Below, piece by piece: positions 50,128 through 61,665 of a stretch of DNA of 64,000 nt. The first letter of the stretch is position 1; the number at the start of each line of letters is the position of its first letter. A model generated the notes under the pieces. It was not told the origin of the DNA. It was given only the letters and a program-made list of their open reading frames with translations, and ran no database searches. The translations under genes and the position numbers were made by a program. Source of the stretch: Obrimoposthia wandeli (lineage: Eukaryota); NCBI GenBank assembly GCA_977020255.1, contig CDROCS010001147.1, forward strand, positions 868,001 to 932,000. The letters are read 5' to 3'.

Positions 50128-50771
50128 ATTTAAGCGGCTCGATGTTTTCAGGAAAAATAAAATTATAGTTATGAGCTTTTTTCAAAAAGTGCATCTTATA
50201 TCCATAATATGTATGCATAGGTTGATATAGCTTTTCAAAATTCATATTTACAATTATAAGTTGAAATATTCAATTGTTTATCCTCTAAAGCTCAATTCTA
50301 ATTAGTAGATATTCTTGTTTATGAAAATCGTTTAGTATTAGTCATATCTTTAAAGGGCTTACGTTCTTCGGTTACGCGCGTAGTACTTGTTATTGTTTGA
50401 CCCGATAGATTAATATTTTCTCTCTGATTATTTATATTATAATTCATATTCGAATATCAATTACTACCAGAACCTATATATGTACTAGCTCTACTTTGAT
50501 TATTTTGATTATTTTGATTATTCATTTTCAATAAAATCATTATCAAAATATTGTTTATATTGCTTTATTCTTAAGACAAAGACATCACATGACATTTCTT
50601 CTAAATACTAAGAATGTTACTAAAATATATATTAGTTATTATATATGCTAAACAATTAATACATTCAATGTTGTTATGACTACTAAATTTTTTGTACATT
50701 ATGTTTCGGAAAATGGAGAACTCACCATTAGACGACGACGTTTTGACTAGATTTCAAGAAGAAAGGAAGAT

Positions 50772-51677
50772 ATGATATATGAGCGACATAGATTTGATAG
50801 ATTACAAGCAAAGTTTACTGGTTTAGCGGATAAGAGAGATTTAGCAAAAGCAGGATTTTATAAGCACGATGATTCAAAAGATAATCTAAAGTGTGTTTAC
50901 TGTTTTGGAGGAATATCGGAATGGGAGTTCTATCTGAAACCAATGAAGCAGCATATGCTATATTTCCCAACATGTCCGTTTGTTTTGAAAATGAATGTAT
51001 CAAATATACCAATAATTGATTCCAGCATCAAGCAAATTGATTTTGATTCAACTCCAATGGATAAAGTAGTTATTGTACGCAATAATTATTCTAATGATAT
51101 TGAAATACCTACATTATCGATTTTCCCTCATGTATATATTTGGAATGATTCTTATCGATATTGTTTCTGTCAGAAAGCAGTACCCCGACTTGAGTTTATT
51201 GATACTATGCCTGAAAGAATCTTTCATACTCGAGATTGTAAAGCATCTATTATGGAAATCAAGAATAGATGTATTGTTGAATATCATATTAGTAATTATG
51301 AAATTGATGCTCATATGGAAACTCGTCAAATAGTTTTGCTGAAACGTGATTATAGCCATGATAGAATCAAAGCCGTTTTAATTAATAGGTTTAAAACATT
51401 CGGTAATAATTATGATTCTATATATGAGTTTAAACCAGATTTAAGATCTTTAGAAATAAAATCTGAAACAAAACATCGTATTAATTATCTCGAGTACCTC
51501 TTACCAAATCCCGAATGTATTGTTTGCATGACTGATATTATTTCCGTGGTATTTTTACCATACGGACACTTAAACACATGTATTAAATGTTCAGATCGTT
51601 TTATTTCATGTCCATATTCCAAGACAATTATCATTAGACGAGTAAAAAATATTAGATTTCATAGTATAGGCAATTAA
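50772..51677 (+). CDS. iap: Inhibitor of apoptosis (one BIR plus C-terminal RING)
   Basis: BIR LAKAGFY...CVYC...W...H...FPTCPFV; RING CIVC...FLPYGH..TCIKC...CPYS with two expected cysteines substituted. Confidence 0.88.
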   Translation: MIYERHRFDRLQAKFTGLADKRDLAKAGFYKHDDSKDNLKCVYCFGGISEWEFYLKPMKQHMLYFPTCPFVLKMNVSNIPIIDSSIKQIDFDSTPMDKVVIVRNNYSNDIEIPTLSIFPHVYIWNDSYRYCFCQKAVPRLEFIDTMPERIFHTRDCKASIMEIKNRCIVEYHISNYEIDAHMETRQIVLLKRDYSHDRIKAVLINRFKTFGNNYDSIYEFKPDLRSLEIKSETKHRINYLEYLLPNPECIVCMTDIISVVFLPYGHLNTCIKCSDRFISCPYSKTIIIRRVKNIRFHSIGN

Positions 51678-51749
51678 ACAAAGATACGTAATCTAAAAAT
51701 ATATGTTCAAATAGTATAAATAGAAGAAATCAGTTTATAATAATCAGAA

Positions 51750-52184
51750 ATGCTACTTCACAATATAAAATTAGTGAATATTAATTACAAGGGAATGGTT
51801 GTAAGTAACATTCAACACTTGCCATTTCTGACTTCGAAAGCCTCATCAGTATCGACTCAAGTGTGAAGGTTATACTATTATCATTTTCAAATCTGGTAAT
51901 TTATTTTTACATTTAAATATAATTATAATTTAAGCACATGCAGAATAAGGGGTTGTAAAACAGTGCTGGATGAAAGCACTCTTCATTTTGATATAAAAAT
52001 CGAAAGAATCCAATCAATCAGTCTCAGTAGCAATCTAGAAACATCAATAAACCTGAGCAAGATGAGCAAGAATATGGGTTCGGAAGCTGTTTACGAACCA
52101 GAAATCTTCCCGTGACTTCGATACGTCAAGTACAATCCACTATGCGTGAACATTTTTGCGAGCGGGAAGATTATTATTACTTAG
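51750..52184 (+). pseudogene. Element B TBP-like gene with intron 51896-51934, decayed
   Basis: KLVNINYKG identical to A; IIIFKSG|GT..39 nt..AG|TCRIRGCK; YEPEIFP*LRY...VNIFASGKIII; stop and frameshifts. Confidence 0.85.
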
Positions 52185-52373
52185 TGTTAAATCTTTAAAT
52201 TATGAATATCTGATTGAATGTATTTTGTTTAATATACATATTCACACTTGTGTTATATTATGTGGCAACAACAACAACAGTTATGAGAAGAGAAGAAACT
52301 ATTGATGAAGTGATTATAGAATTAGTAATTATAGATCCGATTATTGAAGAAGATATGAGATTTTTTTAATGCT

Positions 52374-52918
52374 TTGGCTTTTATGGAACCCATAATAGCT
52401 CATGCTTCCAGTATGGAGATGAACCACATGACCCATCTTTTTGATAGTTTGTTTAGTGCTAGATTTACTCAATTTAATGTAGAAAAGTTAAACAAAACAA
52501 AAATGAGTGAGATTTTAGTAAATCAATTATATATTGGTTATTATCGAGATGGGTTTGATGAAACTACACTTTTGAACTCCGATTTCACTCATGTAATCAA
52601 TACATCTATACTGGATAAGATATCTTATAAGAAATTAAAATATACTTATGTCTTTGTAAACTCAAAAGAGGAGAAACAATAATGAGATATTATAAACAGA
52701 CTAATAATATAATTAAAGAAACTATCGAAATTGATGGTAAGATTTTAGTATGTGGTCATTATGGTAGTTTACATGCTGCTTGCATTGTTATTGGATTTTT
52801 ATCTCATTCGATGGGTGTTACTGCTGCTTCCAATCTTGTTAAAACTAAACGGACTATTGCTGTTCCTAATGAAGCTATGCTTCATCAAATACGCATTTTT
52901 ATTCGTTATCATGTATAA
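52374..52918 (+). pseudogene. Dual-specificity phosphatase-like gene lacking the catalytic HCxxGxxR motif, split at a TAATG overlap
   Basis: QLYIG, FTHVIN, KILVCGHYGSLHAACIVIGFL (aligns with VLVHCxxGxSRSATIVIAYL), KRTIAVPNEAMLHQI (KRxxxxPNxGFxxQL). Confidence 0.75.
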
Positions 52919-53280
52919 ATTTTATTCGTCTTTATCTTTATTAATCAGTGTTTTTTATTAGTAAGTGTCTTTATCAGTCAGTGTCTTTATTAGTCAGTGT
53001 CTTTATTAGTTAGTGTCTTTATTAGTTAGTGTCTTTATTAACCAATTAGATTTCAGATGTATAGTATATAAGCAGATTACATTTTACTGCTTCTGGTACA
53101 GCAGCTTCCAATATTATTAAAGCTAAACGGACTATTGCTGCTCCTAATGAAGCTATGCTTCATCAAATACGTATTTTTAATCGTTATCATGTGTAAATTT
53201 TATTCGTCTTTATCTTTATTAATCATTGTCTTTATTAATCATTGTCTTTATTAGTTAGTGTCTTTATTAGTCAGTGTCTT
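52821..53280. repeat. Duplicated phosphatase 3' end plus 16-bp agtgtctttattagt(c/t) tandem repeats at a rearranged junction
   Basis: ~130 bp from ~52821 repeated at ~53098; 16-bp arrays at ~52960-53040 and ~53220-53282. Confidence 0.85.
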
Positions 53281-54414
53281 TATTTTCCGGAACATCTTCT
53301 CCGGATTTAGAATTCAATATAAATGGATCAAATACTCAATATCTTGATTTGAATGATAGTTTATTTCTCGTTAAATTGAAAGTTACTAAGGAAGGAGGAG
53401 GTAACTTGGATGATGATTTGGATATCAAATTAGCTAATTTCAATTTTCATACACTTTTCAAGGATGTGATTCTCAGTCTCAATAATGCGAAAGTTGAGGG
53501 AAATAATACTAGTTACACCCATAAAGCAATGATTGAAACATTACTGAATTACGGTAATGATACGAAATTGATTAATCTTGATGCAATTGGGTTTGATAAT
53601 GATGAAAAAAGAAGAACAGCTTCCATTGCAAAGTCTAAATTATCGTCGCTTTGTGGGAGTTTCCATTTGGATTTCTTTAAGCAACCAAAGTATATTTTAC
53701 CCGGTGTAAGTGCACATAATCGAATGAAGAGAAATCCAGTAGGTTTTAGTGTTGTTTGCGATGATACTATTAAATCAGCAATTGAGATTACGGAAGCAAA
53801 ATTGCTGGTTTGTAGAGTAAAAGTGGAACCATTTGTACTCGTTGCACATCGAATAGGGTTATAGAAGCAAAATGCATGTTATCCTATTAGGAAAAACTAA
53901 TCTTGTTTCTCATGCTATCACTACGGGAGCACTATCTTATTACAAGGAACAGATTTTTGGAGATATGCAAATTCCAAACTTTGTTTTAATTGCTTTCAAA
54001 AACACGTCTACCTATGGAGGTGAGTCTAAAAATGAGGTTTCTCAATTTGGACATATGAATGTGAGTTCAATTAAACTAGCCCAAAAAATTTATTATCAAG
54101 AAACTTATACGAATGACTTTGAAAATAATGATTATGTGTTTTCTTATGTGCAATCTTTAATTAGAAATCTTGGTCATTTGGATAAGGATGCTAATGTTGG
54201 AATTTCAATGACTGATTTCAAAGACAAGTATACACTGTTCACATTTGTTATCTCCCCTGATTTTGATATAAATCAAGCTCAAATCCCTAAACAGGGAAAT
54301 TTTAAAGTAGAAATCAAGTTTACAAAAGCACTTGAACATCCTACTAATATTATAATCTACGGAGTATTTGATTCTGAGGTTCAAATTACCAAGGAAAGAA
54401 CAGTACTAGTATAA
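53274..54414 (+). pseudogene. Element B major capsid protein, 5'-truncated, with stop and frameshift
   Basis: LEFNINGSNTQYLDLNDS, KYILPGVS, FDINQAQIPKQGNFKVEIKF, IYGVFDSEVQI; clear paralog of 40187-41416 missing the KTELCIFD-type N-terminus. Confidence 0.88.
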
Positions 54415-54449
54415 ACAAAATGAAAACAATAAAAAACAAGAAGATACAA

Positions 54450-54819
54450 ATGAAGTAAGTTAGTTTGAATGAATTAATTAATATATAATCTAGTTCGGAC
54501 GAGATAACAAAAAGCAGAAGAAAACTACTCGGTTCGCGTTTCAATGGAGTCTACAGTCTTGATCATATCCCATCTTTGACTCGTCTAGGTGGATATGTAA
54601 TCAATACACATTCATCTAATTTGCGCGGTGAACATTGGATTGCAATACATGTTAAATAAAATGAAATATTTGTTTTTTACACCTTTGAGATATTCTAAAT
54701 TAGTATATACAGTACTTGACTCTGGAAAGAAAGTACATTTTAGTAAGAAACATTATCAAAATGTTTTAACACAGTCATGTGGACAACTCTGTCTGCTTTG
54801 GTTAAAGCATAAACAATAA
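54450..54819 (+). pseudogene. Element B adenain-like protease with intron 54455-54493, decayed
   Basis: ATG AA|GTaagt..39 nt..ctAG|T gives MNSDEITKSRRKLLGSRFNGVYSLDHIP...GEHWIAI; later stop and frameshift; QSCGQLC. Confidence 0.85.
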
Positions 54820-54829
54820 ATATAAAAAT

Positions 54830-55280
54830 ATATCAAATAAAATTGAAGCTTTTATTGATAATAATACTGAACTTGTAATAAATAACTATGCATAATGGAT
54901 ATGGATGCAATCTTCTATCCTAAACATTATGTTTTTAAAATGCAACCTATATGGGGTATGATGAATATAAAATCAAGAAAAATAAATAGATATCTCATTA
55001 AGCATTACCATCGACTAAAACTAGTTGATGGTAATATTTATTTCAAGATAAAAGAAATAACTGAGGAAATAAAACATTGATGTGATGTATCCAAATCAGT
55101 TTTCTTTGTTTCATATGAATATAATGGAGCTAAAATAAAGACAATCAATAAATATTTTCCAGAATTTAGAGTGATAAATTACTCGAAAACATTAAAACAA
55201 TTAAATCTATCAAATATCAATTATCTATATATTAAACATGGAGAGCTTGTGCATACAAGAAATGCTTTGCAGCTAGTTTG
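54830..55280 (+). pseudogene. Element B DnaQ/DEDD-like exonuclease-fold homolog, decayed
   Basis: IEAFIDNN..(fs)LCIMD..FYPKHYVF...NRYLIKHYH...INKYFP aligns with the A gene at 46714-47185. Confidence 0.6.
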
Positions 55281-55339
55281 AATTATTTAAATATTAATGA
55301 AAAATCAACTACTTACATTAATCAGTAAACTATTTTGAA

Positions 55340-55433
55340 TTTTGATTGGATTAAATAATAAATGAATCTGATTGGTTTAAATTATGAATGAATCTGATTG
55401 AATTAATACTAGTTCGAAAATAGTATATAAGCA
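55340..55433 (+). promoter_or_regulatory. Putative element B polB promoter: ATTGG boxes plus TAGTATATAAGCA
   Basis: ATTGG at ~55345 and ~55371; 13-mer at 55421-55433, 44 bp before ATG 55478. Confidence 0.6.
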
Positions 55434-55477
55434 AGCATCAATCAACAAATAACTCTATATTATAAACGAAATTGAAA

Positions 55478-58400
55478 ATGGTAAATTTCTTGATATTTTT
55501 CTGAAATTTTTCTAGAATTGCAACATGAATAAACGATTATGATTTGAGGAGAGTCACAAGGAATGTGATTTGAAAATGAAGAGTTGCTTTGGGCAGAAGT
55601 TCAATGGACAACTCTTCTACGTCTGTCCAGTATGTCTCTCCGCGGAGGAGATTGATTGGTTGGAGTTTGTGGCGAGTCATCGCACCCATCTTCGGTATTT
55701 TCAGCAACGTGGCAAGAAGGTCATCGTCCAGGATAGAGCTCACAGTAATATGACTGCTCATCCTGCTACCATTTCTCAAGATCTCAAGTTGCTGCTTCTT
55801 CGCCAATTATTGCACCAATTGCTGGTCCAGTATCTACTCCAATTGCTTGTCCAGTATCTACTCCAATTGCTGCCCCAGTTGCTGAACCAGTTACTTCTTT
55901 AATTCATGCACCAATTACTTCTCCAATTGCTGCGCCAATTGCTTCTCCACCATCTGCTGTACCCCCTACTGTGCTTCCAGCTATGTTTCCTCCATCAACA
56001 GTTGGTATGATCCCTATGCCGTTACCAGCATCTACCCGCAAGAGAAGTGTTATGCCCACTTCAGGTAGCTCTGTTGCGAAGTTTCCTAGGGTTGATGTCG
56101 TTAAGCGAAAAACTAGTTTTCGGGGAAAGATTGAGACATTGTCATTAGATATTTCTAATGACAATGTCATTGATTTACAAGTTCCCGAGTCACTTTTGAC
56201 TAGCTTAACGGATATAGTCAGCATGTTTGCGACTTGTAAGGTATAATTCGGGGTGCGTGTTGAATTTTCCAATATTGGAGAAACACGTGCTTGAAACCTT
56301 TTTTTTAGAGAAACCTTTTTTCCAATAGAGGGCTCCCCATAGATGAGGGATTTATTTGATGCGGGAGTAGATGGGATCAATAAGAAGATTGAGAATTATT
56401 CCCAGAGTAGCAGTAATTGGGTAGTGAACCGCTTCCTGGAGATTTCGTTTGTTGTGACTAAAACAACAACAATGAGCTATCTCCAGGGGGTAGTTTTATA
56501 CCTACTCCATCTGAGTTAGCACTCTCACATTGCGTTATCAATGTGCAGAACTCTAACACTTTTTGCTTCCTTTACAGTATCTTATCTGTACTTTTCCGCA
56601 AAGTATTTCGCTCTAATCCTCATCGGATTAATCAATATGATGCCCTGTTGAGTCAAATAGTTTTGGATGAGAATGAGATGCCGATGCGTCTATGTAATAT
56701 ACCGCGATTTGAGAGAAAGAACCCATCTCTCTCAATCAACTTATTTACATTCAATAGGTTTTCAAATGTGCAAACGGATAGGGATATCTTTAAAAATCCC
56801 TATGTGGATGTCATAAACAGAACCATAAACCCGGATCTAAGCAAATCAATCTTCTCATTTTAGAAAATAATGATAATTTTTCTTATCTTGGTATTCCTAA
56901 ACTCAATAGGCTGCTTAATTATAGGAACAGAGGTGTATCTAATCGCATCCAGGATACTTGGTGCCATAAGTGTCTCCATGGGTTCTGAAGACCGATAAGT
57001 TACGCCAAACACGTTCCGCTCTGTAGGATGAATTTAGATCAACACTTTATTCAATACATACAGAGAAGCATATTGAGTTTAAGGACTTTTCAAAAACTAT
57101 TTCTCCGCCTTTTGCTCTTTACGCGAACTTTAAAGCTGTGCTGCCACCACATGGAATACATAATCAGATTCAGCTTCCAATCACGGCCGGCATGCTCATG
57201 TCTCCTGTAGCAGCCACGACAGGGTACACACATGATTACTCGGTCTTTACAGAGGAATCTTGTGTGGTATCCTTTTTCTCCCATAGTACAAAAAGCATGC
57301 GATCGAGATGATGCGACAACTTACAGGTATCGAGTTTCAATGCCACAAGAATCTGTTACCTGTGTAAGAAGAAACTCACAAACAAAGTTCGAGATCACGA
57401 TCACATGACGGGCAAGTACCTCGGAGCAGCGCATACGAAATGCAACTTATAAAGGAGATTGAATCGCTCTTTACCCGTCAATTTTCATAATTTGATGGGT
57501 AATGATATGCACCACATACTGAAACACGCACTGTGCAAGTTTCCTGGCTGGAATGTCTCTGTTATACCTCAATCAACAGAGAAATTTCAGGCTATGATGG
57601 TGTATATTGGAGGAGTCTGTATTCGCTTTATAGATTCCTTGCAATTTTTGAACAGCGGACTTGAAAAACTTGTGGATAACCTGGGTGTGACTCCTCTAAC
57701 ACATTTGGTCTTTCTGCAACATCTGGTAAGCGCTAAGGGCATCTTCCTATACGATATGGCAGTGCCGCCAAAGTGGGATGAGAAGATCAAGCCAGCACAA
57801 TATGAGATGGCGACGATGGTCTAGACTCAGAGCGACTGCTCATCGCTCTGGGACTATATGCTGGTCTATACGAAGATGGACGTCTACCTTCTAGCAGATG
57901 TGTTTACAACATTCCGGACCAAGGCCATTGCTGACGATGGATTGGAGCCGCTTAATTTCTTCTCCATCCCTGGTTTGTATTTTACTATTTTTTTCTAAAT
58001 AAATTTTCATTAAGTAATATTTATTAAGTAGCTTTTAACTAAATAATAATTTTCACAAAGTAATGATTTTCACTAAGTAATGATTTTCACTATGTAATGA
58101 TTTGAATAAAGGTTTTATTTCTAGGACTGACTTTTGCGAGTGCTTTCAAGTCACTACTTCACCCGGATTCTTCTTCTTCTGCTCATCCTGTATGAGTCGA
58201 GCTAATCCAGGATCCGGAGATGTACCGTCTCTTCCGCTACGGGATTCGTGGAGGCATGACCTTCGTGAATGAACACAAGGTGGACGAAATCAACGGTACT
58301 GAACTTTTGTACATTGATGTAAAGAATTTGTATGGATAGGCAATGTCCCAGTTTTTACCTTGTGGTAACCTGTCCTGTGTGACTGATCGGTTAGAGTTGG

Positions 58401-59546
58401 GGAATATTATTTTCAGCTTAAAATCAGCAAATTTATCCTGTAATCGCTTCGCTCATTTATTGGAAATATATTTATCCATTCCCAATGAGCTACATAATAA
58501 ATTCGACGATCTTCCCTTGCTCTAATTAAACAGTGTCCACCAGGGTGTAAGACTGAAAAATTGTTATTAACGCATTACCCTAAGAAACACTATGTTGTGC
58601 ATTCTAGATTGCTACAAACTTACGTTAGACTTGGTGCTGTAGATTTTGTATACAGAGCAATACAGTTTGAACAAACTAATGTTTTTTCAAAATACATTGA
58701 GGATAATTATCTTAAAAGAGCTGCGGCTACAACAGATTTCGAGTGGGATTATTACAAACTGAAGGTGAAATCTTTATTTGGAAAACTCATTGAGAATCTG
58801 ATGAAAAGAATTAACCTCCTGATTTGTAATACTCCACAGAAGCTGGTTACCTATTGTAGTAAAGCCCACTTTCATAGGACAATCGAAATCGATCCGGACC
58901 TTATTGCAGTTCTACTGGATAAGAAAAATATTGTTTTGGATCGTCTTAGTCATATAGGCCAGGCAGTATTAGATCTAAGCAAACTTTGTATGTATGAGCT
59001 ACAATATGAGCAGTTGGAGAGATATCGGGCTCAATTTAACTGTGACATTAGAATTATAGCAGGTGACACGATAGTTTTTTATTGAAGTGCAATAATGTAA
59101 ATGTTCAAGAAATATTGTTACCTTCTATGATTGCTGATAGACTGTTGGATACCTCGAAATTTCCAAAAACCCATCCACTTTATACGACGCTAAATACAGC
59201 GATAGGCAAATTTACAGATGAGAGCAAGGAATTATTTAGTTATAGGCAAGGGATTTTTCTACGTCCAAAATCATATAGCTTAGAGACTACAGGTGAATCT
59301 CAGATGAGAGCTAAAGGTATTTGTCTCCGAAAGACAAGTATTAGACACTCTAATTACTTAGCCGTCTATGAGAGTGGCGTTAACGAGCATGTACAACAAC
59401 AACGTATAAGCTCGCTAAATCATCAACTTTTTACTGTAAGGTTAAGTAAAATTGCCTTAAGCAGTAGCGATGATAAACGCAAGTGGGTGGAGAGAAACCG
59501 ATCAGTTGCATATGGTCACTTTTTATACCCGGACGATGTTATATAA
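55478..59546 (+). pseudogene. polB: Element B protein-primed PolB, spliced and heavily decayed
   Basis: ATG|GT intron 55481-55515; FYVCPVC...HRTH finger; P/A-rich linker; VINVQNSNTFCFLYS; RDHDHMTGKYLG; FHNLMGND; intron 57973-58124; GIRGG; KLKVKSLFGK; RPKSY; many stops. Confidence 0.9.
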
Positions 59547-59776
59547 ACTTTTTATATGTTTATGTATATATTTTTACTCTCCTTTGTGATTTTAAGGAAT
59601 ATATTTTTCAAAAATACTTGTCTTTAAAATTATTTGTATTTACATAAAGTTGCAAGTTTTTTGCAATGTAGATGCAGTACGTGACTGTCTTTGTAGGTAT
59701 TGATGACTATCTTTGTTAGACACTCACACACATGCATACATGTATAAGAATAAATGTAGTACTTGGCTTGTAAGTA

Positions 59777-60181
59777 TTGATTACATAAAGTTTTAAGTGC
59801 AATTGAAAAGGATCCTAGTGCCTATCTTGGTAGAAAACATTTACTTATACCTCCAAAGAGTTTGTAATTACATAAAGTTGCAAGTTTTGCAATATAGATG
59901 CAGTACTAGACTGTCTTTGTAGGTATTGATGACTGTCTTTGTTAGACACTCACACACATACATACATGTATAAGAATAAATGTAGTACGTGACTTATTAC
60001 TATTGATTACATAAAGATGTAAGTATTTGCAATATAGATGCAGTACGTGACTGTCTTTGTTAGAGAGATACACGAACTTTTAAACATATTTATCAAATTA
60101 TATAATACTTTTTTTATAAGTAGATAATTTAATTGAATTTAGTTTAAATAAATTATATAAGTTAAGCTTGAACACATACAC
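59777..60181 (-). repeat. Right TIR of element B, preceded by an extra subterminal duplicate (~59600-59770)
   Basis: Reverse complement of 49172-49577. Confidence 0.93.
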
Positions 60182-60689
60182 CTCATCATAACCTGAACGT
60201 GTCTTCAGGGGGGCTTTTTTCCAGAAGTTACACAACCTACACGAGAATTATTTCGTCTAGCAAGGACACTGATTCATCTGCACATTGTGCAATCAGATCC
60301 AGTAGAGGTCCTTGTCGACGCAACCAGCCAGTCTCCATTAACTGTCAATGGAAAATAACAAATGATTTGATCGACTACAATTATCTAAAAAATACCATGA
60401 AGTAACGATTATTTCAGCTTCAATTTGTGTCGTATTTAGCTTGTCTAAGATTTCTTAGTAATATTTTCCATTGCATCTTCAATTTCTGAAATTATAGTTA
60501 TAGAAAACTCAGTTAGTAACATATTCAATTCCTCCTTGATATATCTAGAGAAGATCGAAGACAAATGTGTGTTGCTGTCAGTCGATGATTCAATAATAAC
60601 CAAGTTGTATAGAGAAAATAAATTTAAGGACTTCTAGAGAAGATCAAAGACAGTTAGTAACTCAGTTAGTAACATATTCAATTCCTCGG

Positions 60690-61665
60690 GGTTCTTTGGA
60701 AATGAATAGAGATCAAATATTTGGAGACTATCGTTTACCAAAGTTCATTTTGATTGCTTTCAAAGTTACACCACAGGGTGCACATGAATACAAAGTCACA
60801 TCTTCTACGTTCAATACCTTTAATGTTTCAACAATATCATTAGCTAGAAATACAGATTGTCGAGAGACTTATAATATAAATATTAACAATTTTTCATTAG
60901 CATATATGTAATCAATTATTCGAAATATGAATCTTTTAGAAAAAAACTTAAATAATGGTATCAGATTTTCTGATTTTAAACCAGGAAGTTCAATTTTTGT
61001 TTTTTATTAGTTCCATATTTTGATATAAACACTACTCAGATACCTAAAACTGGTAATTTAAGACTTGAAATTAGATTTACTTTTCCTCTTGTTGTTCCAA
61101 TCAGTATTTTGATATAAGGAATATTTGATTCTTAAATTCAGATTACGAAAATAAAACTGTATTTGTGTGAAGTAAGCTTTATTGTATAACATTTTCTTTA
61201 TTTAAATTATTATTTTAGAAATTTATAAATCAGGAAAAATATTATTGAATAACAAATTTAATGGAGTATATTCATTGGATCAAATTCCGTCATTAAAATC
61301 CGGATACTCATACTTCAAATCTATCAGGTGAACATTGGATAGCAATATTCGTTGACAGGTTCAAGATTCGAGTGTTCGATCCTTTTGGATTCTATTACCT
61401 TCCAAAGTTAGTGTCTACACTTGAAAAAATCATTGCAGTCTTCTATAGTCGAGTTTAATGTCAGAATCCATTTACTAAAAACTGCGGACCTCTGAGTTTT
61501 TTATAATTGAAACTTCAATATAAATAATTTTTAAGTATAAAAAAATATATCGTTTTAGTATTTCACTTTTTTTCAAATGGCCTTTATTGATTTAGAGTGT
61601 TTTATTGATAATAATGAAGAATATATTTCTACAGAATTATGTATAATGTATGTGAACGACATGAC
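60690..61665 (+). mobile_element. Third Maverick remnant C: major capsid C-terminal half, protease and exonuclease-like start
   Basis: DQIFGDYRLPKFILIAF, GNLRLEIRF, KFNGVYSLDQIP, GEHWIAIF, MAFIDLECFIDNNEEYISTELCIM; gene order as in B; distinct in sequence from A and B. Confidence 0.82.

Larger units (their letters stand above)
49172..60181 (+). mobile_element. Maverick/Polinton element B (~11 kb) with ~400-bp TIRs; decayed deletion derivative
   Basis: TIRs, IAP, TBP-like, phosphatase-like, major capsid, protease, exonuclease-like and polB genes; no integrase, ATPase or minor capsid seen. Confidence 0.9.

Noticed and set aside
49160-60195. Target-site duplications for elements A and B
   Set aside because: Flanks of B (catatc versus ctcatc) do not match and A has no right end, so no TSD is claimed; B's exact termini are approximate.
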